A DNA stretch of 64,000 bases from Steroidobacteraceae bacterium (GCA_035525785.1 DATLDQ010000033.1:37484-101483), one strand, 5' to 3'. Positions 10,373 through 21,564 are shown, counted from the stretch's first letter. Program-made: numbers and translations. The notes: a model not told the origin generated them from the sequence alone.

Positions 10373-12160
10373 TTAGTAAGTGCGCGCCTTGGGCGGGATG
10401 GGCTGCACATCGCTGGTCAGCGTGTTCATGTGCACGGGGCGGTATTCGATGCGGGTCTTGCCCTGTTCGTCGACCCAGCACAGCGTGTGCTTCTGCCAGT
10501 TCACGTCGTCGCGATCCTTGAAGTCCTCGCGGGCGTGCGCGCCGCGCGACTCTTTTCTGTTCTCGGCGGAGACAATTGTCGCGGTGGCCTGGCCGAGGAG
10601 ATTGTCGAGCTCGATGGTCTCGATGAGGTCGGTGTTCCAGATGAGGCTGCGATCGGCCACGCGAACGTCGGCGAACGAAGCGTGGGTCTTCGCGAGCCCC
10701 TCGACGCCTTCCTTGAGCGACGAGCCGGTACGGAACACGGCTGCATCGCGCTGCATGGTCTTTTGCATCTCCAGGCGGATTTCGGCGGTGCCGCGCGAGC
10801 CTTTGGCGTTGCGAATGCGGTCGAGACGCGCGACGGCGAAGTCGCCGGCATCCGCGGGCAGCGGCGCCTGCCTCTGGCCGGGCTTCACGATGCTGGCGGC
10901 GTGACGGCCGGCCTCGCGGCCGAACACCACGAGATCGAGCAACGAGTTCGAACCCAGGCGGTTTGCGCCATGCACCGACACGCACGCGGCTTCACCGACG
11001 GCCATCAGGCCCGGCACCACGGTGTCCGGGTTGCCGGACTTCATGGTCACGACTTCACCATGCACGTTGCAGGGTATTCCACCCATGTTGTAGTGCACGG
11101 TGGGCAGCACGGGAATCGGATCCTTGTTCACGTCCACGCCCGCGAAGATGCGCGCGGTCTCGGCGATGCCCGGTAGTTTGGCGTGGATGGTCTCGGGCCC
11201 CAGGTGCTCGAGATGCAGGAAGATGTGGTCCTTGTCCTTGCCCACGCCGCGGCCGTCACGTATCTCCATGGTCATCGAACGCGAGACGACATCGCGCGAA
11301 GCGAGGTCCTTGGCGTTGGGCGCGTAACGCTCCATGAAGCGCTCGCCGTCGGAATTGGTGAGGTAGCCGCCCTCGCCGCGCGAGCCCTCGGTGATCAGGC
11401 AACCCGAGCCGTAGATGCCGGTGGGATGGAACTGCACGAACTCCATGTCCTGCATCGGCAACCCGGCGCGCAGCGCCATGCCGCCGCCGTCACCCGTGCA
11501 GGTGTGCGCGGAGGTGCAGGAAAAATATGCGCGACCGTATCCGCCCGTGGCGAGTATCACGGTGTGAGCGCGGTAGCGGTGCAGGCGACCCGTAGCCATG
11601 TCGAGCGCGACGACGCCCCGGCAAGTGCCGTCCTGCATGATGAGATCGAGCGCGAAGTACTCGACGTAGAACTCGGCGCTGTTCTTGATGGACTGCTGGT
11701 ACAGCGTGTGGAGCATGGCGTGACCGGTGCGGTCCGCGGCGGCGCACGTACGCTGCGCGATGCCCTTGCCATAGTTGGTCGTCATGCCGCCGAACGGGCG
11801 CTGGTAGATGCGACCATCGTCGGTGCGCGAGAACGGCACGCCGTAATGCTCGAGCTCGATGACCGCGGCAGGCGCCTCCTTGCACATGAACTCGATGGCG
11901 TCCTGGTCGCCGAGCCAGTCCGAGCCCTTGATGGTGTCGTAAAAGTGGAAACGCCAGTCGTCCTCGCCCATGTTGCCGAGTGCGGCAGAGATGCCACCCT
12001 GCGCCGCCACCGTGTGGCTGCGCGTGGGGAAGACCTTGGTGATGCAGGCGGTCGACAGTCCCGCTTCGGCAAGACCCAGCGTGGCGCGCAAGCCCGCGCC
12101 ACCGGCGCCCACGACGACGACGTCGTAGGTGTGATCGATGAATTCGTACTCTTTGGTCAT
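10373..12160 (-). CDS. sdhA: succinate dehydrogenase flavoprotein subunit
   Basis: Track ORF trimmed to ATG 12160 ([26 protein letters not shown]...[10 protein letters not shown]...). ATGA overlap with the sdhD stop. Confidence 0.96.
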   Translation of the reverse strand: MTKEYEFIDHTYDVVVVGAGGAGLRATLGLAEAGLSTACITKVFPTRSHTVAAQGGISAALGNMGEDDWRFHFYDTIKGSDWLGDQDAIEFMCKEAPAAVIELEHYGVPFSRTDDGRIYQRPFGGMTTNYGKGIAQRTCAAADRTGHAMLHTLYQQSIKNSAEFYVEYFALDLIMQDGTCRGVVALDMATGRLHRYRAHTVILATGGYGRAYFSCTSAHTCTGDGGGMALRAGLPMQDMEFVQFHPTGIYGSGCLITEGSRGEGGYLTNSDGERFMERYAPNAKDLASRDVVSRSMTMEIRDGRGVGKDKDHIFLHLEHLGPETIHAKLPGIAETARIFAGVDVNKDPIPVLPTVHYNMGGIPCNVHGEVVTMKSGNPDTVVPGLMAVGEAACVSVHGANRLGSNSLLDLVVFGREAGRHAASIVKPGQRQAPLPADAGDFAVARLDRIRNAKGSRGTAEIRLEMQKTMQRDAAVFRTGSSLKEGVEGLAKTHASFADVRVADRSLIWNTDLIETIELDNLLGQATATIVSAENRKESRGAHAREDFKDRDDVNWQKHTLCWVDEQGKTRIEYRPVHMNTLTSDVQPIPPKARTY

Positions 12161-12534
12161 GAAAGGGCCAGCAGCAGGATGGCGAACACCGCGGCCACCG
12201 CGGCGGCCACGTGCACGAACGTGGAGAGCAGGAGCATGGTGGTCTTGGCGACCTTGGCGTGCACGTAGTCCTCGATGACCACCTGGACACCGAGCTTCGA
12301 ATGCCACGCGAGCGTGAGCACCAGCAGTATGGCGAGCACCGCGACCCACGGCTGGCCTAACCACCCGCGCACGGCATCGTAAGACTGCAACTGCAGTCCG
12401 AGCAGCGAACACGCGAACCACAGGGTGAGCGGCAGCAGCGCGACGGCCGTGACCCGCTGTACCCACCAGTGGCCGACACCGTCGCCGGCCGCGCCGCGAC
12501 CCAACACCTTGCCGAGAGGACTGCGCAGGCTCAT
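12157..12534 (-). CDS. sdhD: succinate dehydrogenase membrane anchor subunit
   Basis: 125 aa with three TM segments ([15 protein letters not shown]). Position between sdhC and sdhA. Confidence 0.88.
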   Translation of the reverse strand: MSLRSPLGKVLGRGAAGDGVGHWWVQRVTAVALLPLTLWFACSLLGLQLQSYDAVRGWLGQPWVAVLAILLVLTLAWHSKLGVQVVIEDYVHAKVAKTTMLLLSTFVHVAAAVAAVFAILLLALS

Positions 12535-12950
12535 CGCCCGATCTCCATCGGCGCCACCCCGGCGTCGAGGCCGAAGGCCCTACAACCCAGCCACACCACG
12601 AGCGCCGTCAGCAGCACCGCGGCGACGATCACGATGGCGCCACTGCGGCGCGCCTCCGCGCGCTCGAGGCCATGGCCCGTGTCCCACACCAGGTGGCGGA
12701 TGCCGTTGCAGAAGTGATAGACGAACGCGAACGTGAAGCCCACGAGCAGTAGTTTGCCCACGGGGCTCGCGAGGAATTGCATCGCGCCCTCATATGCGTC
12801 GTGCCCGGTCGCCAGCGCCATGAGCCACCAGACGAACAGCAGGAACCCGACCGACGCGGTGAGCCCGGTCATGCGATGCAGGATGGACAGCGACATCGTG
12901 TACATGAATTTGTACACGCCGAGGTGCGGCGATAGCGGGCGCGGGGGCAT
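12531..12950 (-). CDS. sdhC: succinate dehydrogenase cytochrome b556 subunit
   Basis: [12 protein letters not shown]...SILHRMTG signature. ATGA overlap with the sdhD start. Confidence 0.9.
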   Translation of the reverse strand: MPPRPLSPHLGVYKFMYTMSLSILHRMTGLTASVGFLLFVWWLMALATGHDAYEGAMQFLASPVGKLLLVGFTFAFVYHFCNGIRHLVWDTGHGLERAEARRSGAIVIVAAVLLTALVVWLGCRAFGLDAGVAPMEIGR

Positions 12951-12959
12951 CAGGAATTC

Positions 12960-13142
12960 CTAAAAATCGACGCAGCGGCCATTTCTTTCCCAATCGCCGA
13001 ATCGAGTCGGTTCCGGTCCCTGGGGACCCCCGATCTCGACGCGTTCGACAGGTTGCGCTGCGGGGGTTGGAACCTTCGCGGGAGCCCGCACATCGATCGG
13101 GGACTTGGCGGCAGCATTCTCGACGGACGTGGGCGTAGGCAC
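12960..13142 (-). CDS. DUF1674 / SDHAF4-like small protein
   Basis: C-terminus ...RVEIGGPQGPEPTRFGDWERNGRCVDF matches the DUF1674 signature. Stop lies 9 nt before the sdhC ATG. Start ambiguous: GTG 13142 gives 60 aa, the track's GTG 13226 gives 88 aa. Confidence 0.7.
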   Translation of the reverse strand: MPTPTSVENAAAKSPIDVRAPAKVPTPAAQPVERVEIGGPQGPEPTRFGDWERNGRCVDF

Positions 13143-13203
13143 GGCGAAGAATTCTGCCAGAATCGCAACGCTTCGACCACATGAAACCCCAGCAAAAACA
13201 AAG

Positions 13204-13962
13204 ATGAGCACCTTCGCCGACGTCACGACGGGCGACCCCGGCGCCTATGGCGCGATCACCTTTCGCGGTCCGGACGCCGCGAAATTCCTGCAGGGTCAGC
13301 TGTCTGCCGACGTCGAGAAGCTCGCCGCGGGCTCGAGTACGATCGCCGGGCTCCACAACCCGCAGGGTCGCGTCATCGCATTGTTGAATCTCGCGCGCGA
13401 CTCCGACGAGGAGTTCGTCGCGACCTTGCCGCGCGAGCTCGTCGACCCGGTGGCCGCGCGGCTGCGCAAGTACGTGCTGCGCGCCAGGTTACGCATCGAA
13501 GACGCCGCCCCCTCCGCCGCGCAGGCATTGACGCTGGCCGGGCCGCTCGAAGCCGTGCGCGCGGGCCAGCCGGAGGTGTATGCCGCGACCAGCGAAGCCT
13601 TCGTCGCACAGATGCTCAATCTCGACTTGTTAGGGGCCATCGCCTTCGACAAGGGCTGCTACACCGGCCAGGAAGTGATCGCGCGCGCCCATTACCGCGG
13701 CAAGGTCAAACGGCGCATGCAGCGTTGGCGCCACGTGGGGGCCACGCTGCTCGCGCCGGGTGACAGCGCGCGCGCCGGAGACGGCCGGGCGTTGACCGTG
13801 GTACGTGTCGCAGCGTTCGAAGGTGGGCAGGAGCTGCTGGCGGTCGGCAACTACCTCGCCGCGGCTACCGTGGACACATCGGACGCTCAAGAGCCTGCGC
13901 CATCGGCAGGAGTCGTCGAAGTCAGCGGCCCGCTGCCGCTGCCCTACGAGTTGCCGGGCTAA
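13204..13962 (+). CDS. ygfZ: folate-binding Fe-S cluster repair/tRNA-modification protein YgfZ
   Basis: Trimmed to ATG 13204. KGCYTGQEVIARAHYRGKVKRRM motif. Confidence 0.88.
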   Translation: MSTFADVTTGDPGAYGAITFRGPDAAKFLQGQLSADVEKLAAGSSTIAGLHNPQGRVIALLNLARDSDEEFVATLPRELVDPVAARLRKYVLRARLRIEDAAPSAAQALTLAGPLEAVRAGQPEVYAATSEAFVAQMLNLDLLGAIAFDKGCYTGQEVIARAHYRGKVKRRMQRWRHVGATLLAPGDSARAGDGRALTVVRVAAFEGGQELLAVGNYLAAATVDTSDAQEPAPSAGVVEVSGPLPLPYELPG

Positions 13963-13968
13963 CTAGCA

Positions 13969-14049
13969 GCGCGCATCTGGCGCGATTCATGTTGCCGCGC
14001 GCATCTGGCGCCATTCATGTTGCCGCGCGCATCTGGCGCGCGAGATTCA
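13969..14049. repeat. 28-bp tandem repeat, about 2.8 copies
   Basis: GCGCGCATCTGGCGC(G/C)ATTCATGTTGCC at 13969-13996 and 13997-14024, plus a partial third copy. It covers the last codons and the TGA stop of the DUF3999 gene. Confidence 0.9.
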
Positions 14050-15379
14050 GTGCCAGCGCGCCAAGCGTAGCCACACCCGCGATGAGCGCGATCCACAGCA
14101 CCCACGCGCGCCACGGCTTGGCCGGCGGCGCCGGCAACAGCAGCTCGGGTCCACCGGCTTCGGCGGGCAGGCCGGGATAGGCCGTCGGGAGCTCGTCCTT
14201 CTCCCTGGGCAGGATGCGTTCGAGGGGTACGGCGGCGTCGGTCGCCGAGGCGCTGCCATACACGAGCTCGAAGGGACCGCCACCGCGCGTCACGAACACC
14301 AGTCGATCCGGCAGCCAGCCGGCGCGCAGGCTCGGCATTCCGCCGCCGATGCCGCCGCCCCGCTGGTCGACTTGCACGCGCCAGTAGCGCGCGGCGTCGG
14401 CCGACACGGGAATCGGCTGCGAGACCAGCTCGCCGTTCGCGCTCTGCATGCGATACACCGACGCCGAATTGCGCAGCCGCCAGCCCTCCGACGCACGGCT
14501 CCGCGAGAAGTACACCACCTGCGCGACGGTATTCACGTCCGGCAGCGCGAGCGTCACGCGGTCGACGGGCAACTGGGCGCCGGCATCGAAATCGTAGACA
14601 CCCGGCTCGCCTGCGACCGGCCGCCCCACGATTTCGAGCTGTTTCCGCTCGACGGGCACGCTGGCGCTGACCAGCGTGGCAAACGCGGACACGATTTCGG
14701 GCAGCCGTGCGCCCGACTGCGAGCTCATGCGCCAGTACTTCGCGCGTTCCGCCGGCACCGGCACACTGCGCTGCTCGAAGACTGCGCCGCCCTGCCTGAG
14801 TCGCGCGAGCGGGGCGCGCGGCGCCACGTTGCGCCAGTAGACGAGGTCATCGCTCGCGGCGATCGACACGTCGATCGCGAAGTCCGGGGTTTCATCGGGC
14901 CAGCGGAACTCGAAGGCGCTGATCGCGCTCTCGAGATCGGCGGCATTCACGAGGTAGCCCGTGATCGGCGCGCTTGCTTGCGCGGGTGGCGCGCCCTCGA
15001 CCTGGATCGAGGTTTCGCCTGACTCGATGCGCAGTTGCAGCGGTGCACCCGACACCGACGCCTCGCCGCGCAGCGCGAACAGCGGCAGTCCCAACATCGT
15101 CGGCATTCCGCGCACCGCCGCCTCGGGGGGCTGCAATGCATGGGGCACCACTTCCCCCGCGCCATTCAGCACGCGCAGGTCGCGCAGGCCGGGCATCACG
15201 GAGTTGCGGTAGACGTCGAGCGGCAGATCCATGCGGACCACTGGCGCGCCCGCGCGCACGTCGAGCGGAATCGCGTAGGCGAACTGCTCGCGCACCGGCT
15301 CGTCGGCGAGGCTTTCGGCCGCGCCCGCGGCGAACAACGCGAGGATCGCGCCTGTCTTGCACCAGCTGCCTGACGTCAT
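14015..15379 (-). CDS. DUF3999-like secreted protein with C-terminal TM anchor
   Basis: Track ORF trimmed to ATG 15379 (MTSGSWCKTGAILALFAAGAAESLA signal peptide; C-terminal WRAWVLWIALIAGVATLGALAL). ATGA overlap with the DUF2339 stop. Confidence 0.75.
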   Translation of the reverse strand: MTSGSWCKTGAILALFAAGAAESLADEPVREQFAYAIPLDVRAGAPVVRMDLPLDVYRNSVMPGLRDLRVLNGAGEVVPHALQPPEAAVRGMPTMLGLPLFALRGEASVSGAPLQLRIESGETSIQVEGAPPAQASAPITGYLVNAADLESAISAFEFRWPDETPDFAIDVSIAASDDLVYWRNVAPRAPLARLRQGGAVFEQRSVPVPAERAKYWRMSSQSGARLPEIVSAFATLVSASVPVERKQLEIVGRPVAGEPGVYDFDAGAQLPVDRVTLALPDVNTVAQVVYFSRSRASEGWRLRNSASVYRMQSANGELVSQPIPVSADAARYWRVQVDQRGGGIGGGMPSLRAGWLPDRLVFVTRGGGPFELVYGSASATDAAVPLERILPREKDELPTAYPGLPAEAGGPELLLPAPPAKPWRAWVLWIALIAGVATLGALALNLARQMRAAT

Positions 15380-18162
15380 TGAGCCTCCTCGATGCGGCGC
15401 GCGGGCGGCACCGGCGAGTAGCGGCCGATGACCAGCATGAGGACGCCCACGCCGATGAACGAGACGATACGCGCCACGGTTGCCGTGCGCGACAAGTCCA
15501 CCAGGAACATCTTGGCGAGCACCAGGGCCAGCAGCACCGCACCCGTGAACCAGACCACACGCTGCGCGCGCCGCGCGCCGACCACCATGGCCGCGAGGGC
15601 CAGCACGCCCCAGAAGATCGAAAGCGAAGCCTGCACCATCGTCGACTTCATCAATGCGGTCAGCTGGTAGTCGACGCCGAAGTAATGGTGGATTACGCGT
15701 AACAGCATGGTGGTGAGCAACACGAACGTGCCCAAGGCGAGCATCCCGCCCGAGAATCGCTCGACGTCGGGCGGCCGCCACGCCTCGGGCGCCGTACGCA
15801 GCAGATGCAGCAGCCACCCCGCGATCGCGCCCAGCGCCAGCGCCTGCGTCAGCTCGATCGGGTTGATCAACGGTAGATAGGGCAAGGGGGACGCCGACGC
15901 GTCATCCGCGTTCATCACCAGCACCCAGAGCCAGAGATACATGGCGAGACCCGCCGCGCCGATGCCGAGATACGCGAATGGCCACCGCCGCACCGGCCAG
16001 GCCTCGCGCCGCGTGTGGACCAGGAACAGCGCGAGCACCGCCGGCAGCGCGGTCATCACGCAGCGCCAGCTCACCGCACCGAGACGCACGGATTTCACCT
16101 GCCAGTAGAGCTCGATGCTCGCGAGGCCCACCACCAGCCACAACGTCGTGACGTGGATGGCGGGCTCGAAGGCCAGGGGCCCGGCGCGTTCGCGGAATCT
16201 CAACAGCCACACCCACGCCAGGAGCGCGGCGGGCCAGGCGAGCCAGCCCGTGCCGTGGAGCAGGTGACCTTCCTGCAGGGCGCCCGGCATGCACAGCACC
16301 ATCGCCGGCAGCAGCAGCAATGTGGGGAGCTGGAACTCGCGCCAGTCATTCCAGCGCGACAGCGCGGCGCAACCCAGCGCGGTCAACGTCGAGAAACCGA
16401 GCAGCGCGGGCCAGAAAGCGTCGGGCGTCAGCGAACGATCGATCTCGCCCACGCCAGCCACGAACCACCAAAGCAGCGCCCAGTAGACAGGTGGCGTCCG
16501 CACCCAGCGCCAATTGTCGCCGAGAGGCTGCCCGTGCACGACGCGCGCGGTCGCGAGCCCGGCGACGGCGATGAACAATGCGCCGAGGAAGCCGCTGTTA
16601 GCCAGTGGCAGATGGCTCGGGCCGACGTCGTAACGCACGACGTACGAGATAGCCGCCCCGAGTTGCAGCAGCACGCCGGAGGCGATGGCGAGCCTGCGCT
16701 CCTGCCTGAGGCCTATCCACAGGATGGCCGCGCCCTCGAGCGCCCACGTGGCGGCGGTCCAGTGGCCGTCGAGGGCCAGCGGCACGGCCAGCGTCAGGAA
16801 AGCGACTCCCAGCGCAAGGAACGCCATTGCCAGCATGCGCAACTGTTCGCGGCGCCAGCGCCACGCTCCGGCGGCGAGGCCCAGGTAGACCGCGCTCAGC
16901 GTCAACGCGCTGAAGGCCATGGCATAGGGCCGGTCCTTCACCAGCGCCGATTGCAGCAGCATCGTCATGACGGGCGTGCCGAAGACCAGCGTGCCGTCGA
17001 CGTAGTCCTTGAGATCCGGCGCGCGGCGCAGCGCGAACAGGACTGCAACGGTGACGAACATGGCGAAGAACAGCACCACGAAAGGTTCGGTGGTCGCGAA
17101 ATTCTCCGGCGCGTACCGCAGCACGCCCCACGCACTGCCGATCGCATACGTGAAGACGAATGCCAGCAGGTTGAGCGGCCGCCAGGCCTTGAACCACGCG
17201 ATGGCGACGATGCCGGCGTCGAGCAGTGCGTAAAAGGAGAACAGCACGACGTGGTTGCCCTGCCCCGTCGATGCCAGCACGGGCGCGAGGAAGCCGCCCG
17301 TGGCGCCGAGCGCGGCCAGCGCCATGGAGTTCTGACCGATGGCCAGGAATGCCGACAGCCCGGCCACGATCACCAGCAATGCAAACGCCAAGGTGGGCGG
17401 CAGCAACTGATAGAGCCGCAGCGCCGCGAATACGGTGAGATACAGCAGGCCGACGCCACCGCCCTGCAGCGCGAGCGCATAGGCGCGCTGCTTGAATCGC
17501 AGACGCCAGCCGATGACGAGCAACGCCACGCCGCCGAGCGCGACACCTGCGAGACGCAGCTCGATCGGAAGCATGTGGCGATCGGCGGCAAACTTGAGCA
17601 GGAAAGCGACGCCGAAGAACAGGACGATGATGCCGGAACGCACCACGAGGTTGCCGCCAGTGAAGTATTCGCGCACCCAGGTGAACAATGGGAACTCGTG
17701 AGGCGCAGTCACCTCGCGCGCGACAGCGTCCCGCTCGGGTTTCCAGCCCGCAAGACCCGGTGCTGGAGCTGGCGTTGACGCGGTCGCGGCCGGCGCCGAG
17801 GCGGGGCCCGTTGCGCCCCTTGCGAGCGGCGGTGCGGTCATCAGGGGCGGTGCGGCCGCGGGCACCGCAACGCTGGCGTGCGCGTGCGCACCGACATCCG
17901 TTGCACCCGGGAACCCCCGTGGGGCGGGTGTGGGCGCCGGCTCGCGCGGCTTCGAGCGCGAGTCATCCGCGACGGGGTGCTCGGCTGCGCGGCTGCGGGC
18001 GAGGAAAGCGACCTCCGCCTCGAGCACCTCGATCTTGCTTTTCAGCGCCAGGTGCACGCCGATCACGTAGCCCAATGCAGCGCCCCCGAGGGCTCCGCCG
18101 CCATCGGCCAACCATGCACCGACCAGCAGCCCGGCCAGGGCGAACAGGAATGCCATCCTCAT
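15376..18162 (-). CDS. DUF2339-like large polytopic membrane protein (928 aa)
   Basis: N-terminal TM, a short coiled coil (LKSKIEVLEAEVAFLARS), a Pro/Ala linker, then more than 20 hydrophobic segments. Recognised family of unknown function. Confidence 0.8.
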   Translation of the reverse strand: MRMAFLFALAGLLVGAWLADGGGALGGAALGYVIGVHLALKSKIEVLEAEVAFLARSRAAEHPVADDSRSKPREPAPTPAPRGFPGATDVGAHAHASVAVPAAAPPLMTAPPLARGATGPASAPAATASTPAPAPGLAGWKPERDAVAREVTAPHEFPLFTWVREYFTGGNLVVRSGIIVLFFGVAFLLKFAADRHMLPIELRLAGVALGGVALLVIGWRLRFKQRAYALALQGGGVGLLYLTVFAALRLYQLLPPTLAFALLVIVAGLSAFLAIGQNSMALAALGATGGFLAPVLASTGQGNHVVLFSFYALLDAGIVAIAWFKAWRPLNLLAFVFTYAIGSAWGVLRYAPENFATTEPFVVLFFAMFVTVAVLFALRRAPDLKDYVDGTLVFGTPVMTMLLQSALVKDRPYAMAFSALTLSAVYLGLAAGAWRWRREQLRMLAMAFLALGVAFLTLAVPLALDGHWTAATWALEGAAILWIGLRQERRLAIASGVLLQLGAAISYVVRYDVGPSHLPLANSGFLGALFIAVAGLATARVVHGQPLGDNWRWVRTPPVYWALLWWFVAGVGEIDRSLTPDAFWPALLGFSTLTALGCAALSRWNDWREFQLPTLLLLPAMVLCMPGALQEGHLLHGTGWLAWPAALLAWVWLLRFRERAGPLAFEPAIHVTTLWLVVGLASIELYWQVKSVRLGAVSWRCVMTALPAVLALFLVHTRREAWPVRRWPFAYLGIGAAGLAMYLWLWVLVMNADDASASPLPYLPLINPIELTQALALGAIAGWLLHLLRTAPEAWRPPDVERFSGGMLALGTFVLLTTMLLRVIHHYFGVDYQLTALMKSTMVQASLSIFWGVLALAAMVVGARRAQRVVWFTGAVLLALVLAKMFLVDLSRTATVARIVSFIGVGVLMLVIGRYSPVPPARRIEEAQ

Positions 18163-18217
18163 TCCCCTCGAGTGGGCGCGTGCATCGCGCCCTGTTATTC
18201 TAACTATCGCCTATTTT

Positions 18218-19051
18218 CTATCGGCGCGCGAAGGAGACGATGATCTGGGCATATTCCGCCGCACGGGACGGCGTCAGCACCGGGTGGTTACCCGCGAACT
18301 TGTGGCCGCGGGAGTTGCGGGCGCGCTCGAGCGCGCGGTTGTAAGCGGCGGCGAGCGAATCGGTATCGGAGGTCATGATGAGTACGCGCTGCGAGACTTC
18401 ACCCAGCCGCGCGAGCACGTCGTAGGCCGGCTTGTCCTTCTTCGCGTCGGCCTCGGCACCAGCCACGATGGTGTCGTACCCCAGATCCATGTAGTCGCGG
18501 ACGTACTCGTAAACCAGGGGCAGGGTTTCCTGCGTGAGCTCGAACGAAGAATCCCAATCCTTGAGCGTGCGCAGCATGGTCTCGAACGGAAACACCTGCC
18601 AGGAGCCATCGCCCGACAGCTTGGGATTCAGGCCACCGGTGGGCGGAGTCATCTTGCGGATTTCTTCGGGCGCGAGGCCCAGCACGCCATCGAGCACCGC
18701 GCCGGTGACTTGCGCGGGCGAGGCTAACAACATTTCAACGGCCACCGAGGCGGAGAAACGGCCACCCACCACCGTGTAGGGTACGGTGTGCAGCGAACCG
18801 CAGGCTTCGAGCACGTCCTGTGCGAACTGTTGCACCGTCCAGTTCTTGCACTTCTTGTGTGACCGGCCGCTGCCGGCGAGATCGAAGGCGATGGCGCGAA
18901 AGCCGGCGCGCGCGAGGTGGACCATGATGTGGTCATACATGCGACCGGACGCCGGCAACCAGGGCAGCAACACGATGTCCGGGCCGGCACCACAAGCACG
19001 GAAATGCAACTGGCCCGACAGGGTATCCGCGAACCCGTAACGCATCGGCAT
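18218..19051 (-). CDS. alpha/beta-hydrolase-fold protein (non-canonical nucleophile elbow)
   Basis: Trimmed to ATG 19051. Has IVLLPWLPASGRMYD, FDLAGSGRS, LIMTSDTDS and a C-terminal GNHPV. The elbow reads VVGGRFSAS instead of GxSxG. Confidence 0.7.
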   Translation of the reverse strand: MPMRYGFADTLSGQLHFRACGAGPDIVLLPWLPASGRMYDHIMVHLARAGFRAIAFDLAGSGRSHKKCKNWTVQQFAQDVLEACGSLHTVPYTVVGGRFSASVAVEMLLASPAQVTGAVLDGVLGLAPEEIRKMTPPTGGLNPKLSGDGSWQVFPFETMLRTLKDWDSSFELTQETLPLVYEYVRDYMDLGYDTIVAGAEADAKKDKPAYDVLARLGEVSQRVLIMTSDTDSLAAAYNRALERARNSRGHKFAGNHPVLTPSRAAEYAQIIVSFARR

Positions 19052-19158
19052 GACGGCGCGGTCGTGTGCAACTCCTGATCGTTCTCTCATCCAGCTTCCC
19101 TTTCTTCTTGTCGCCCGGACCCGCCGGGAGACCAAGTCTACCGAGTTATGGAAAACAG

Positions 19159-20007
19159 CTACAGATCAATTGTTTCTACCGCTCGCTCGGCAATGGCGGC
19201 GCCGAGAAAGCGCTGTCCTACCCGGGCGAATCGCTCGGGGCTGTCGGTGGCGAGCAGCCTGACCTCGCCGGGTCGATCCGCCACGCCCTCGGTTCGTCGA
19301 CCAAGATTACGCGCCGCGAGTGTCGCTGCCGTTGCACGCGCGGCACTGGCGGCCGAATCCACCACGCGACGATTCGGGCCGACCTGCTTCGCGATGGCGC
19401 CGGCGAGCAACGGAAAGTGCGTGCATCCGAGCACGACGGTATCGATGCGCGCATCCAGGTGCGCGAGGTATCGCCGGGTGACGGCGTCCACGGCCTCACC
19501 CTCGCTCCAGCCCTCTTCGGCCAGTGCGACGAATATCTGCGCGGCGACCTGGGTGACGTGCGCGTCCGGACGAATCGCCAGAATGGCCTCGAGATACGCT
19601 CCGCCCTTCACGGTGCCTTCCGTGGCCAGCACGGCGATGCGGCCGCTGCTGCTGGACTCGCAGGCTGCCTGCGCGCCCGGCTCGATGACGCCAATCACGG
19701 GGAGGTCCCGGAACCGTTCGCGCAGCGCCGGCAATGCACCCGCGGATGCCGTGTTGCAGGCCACCACCAGAGCCTTGATGCCGCGCTCCACCAGCGCCTC
19801 GGCGGCGCGCACCGAGTAGCGCGCCACGGTCTGCGGGCTCTTCGTGCCGTACGGCAGACGCGCCGTGTCACCGAGGTAGAGGAAATTCTCGCGCGGGAGC
19901 GCCGCGAGCAGCGCGCGCAGCACCGTGAGGCCACCGACGCCCGAGTCGAAGACTCCTACCGGTGAATCGCAGAGCGGTGCCGCGAGCGTTTCGGTTCGCG
20001 GCGGCAT
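19159..20007 (-). CDS. murI: glutamate racemase
   Basis: [39 protein letters not shown]. Confidence 0.95.
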   Translation of the reverse strand: MPPRTETLAAPLCDSPVGVFDSGVGGLTVLRALLAALPRENFLYLGDTARLPYGTKSPQTVARYSVRAAEALVERGIKALVVACNTASAGALPALRERFRDLPVIGVIEPGAQAACESSSSGRIAVLATEGTVKGGAYLEAILAIRPDAHVTQVAAQIFVALAEEGWSEGEAVDAVTRRYLAHLDARIDTVVLGCTHFPLLAGAIAKQVGPNRRVVDSAASAARATAATLAARNLGRRTEGVADRPGEVRLLATDSPERFARVGQRFLGAAIAERAVETIDL

Positions 20008-20010
20008 CGC

Positions 20011-21560
<1,550 letters not shown>

Positions 21561-21564
<4 letters not shown>

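Noticed and set aside
9261-10985. 574-aa track ORF. Other over-extended calls include era at 409 aa, sdhA at 697 aa, DUF3999 at 600 aa, recJ at 649 aa, M16 at 997 aa, pyrG at 582 aa, dxr at 633 aa and 40096-41340 at 414 aa.
   Set aside because: Only the 3' portions match protein families. The 5' extensions run through upstream genes in another frame. Starts were reset using homologue N-termini and ATGA/GTGA junctions.
18174-18192. GC-rich hairpin GGGCGCG-TGCAT-CGCGCCC between the hydrolase gene and the DUF2339 gene, considered as an intrinsic terminator.
   Set aside because: On the transcribed (minus) strand it is followed by ACTCGAGGGGAATGAGG-ATG, with no U tract. It is more likely a processing or stability hairpin or an attenuator. 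Not called.
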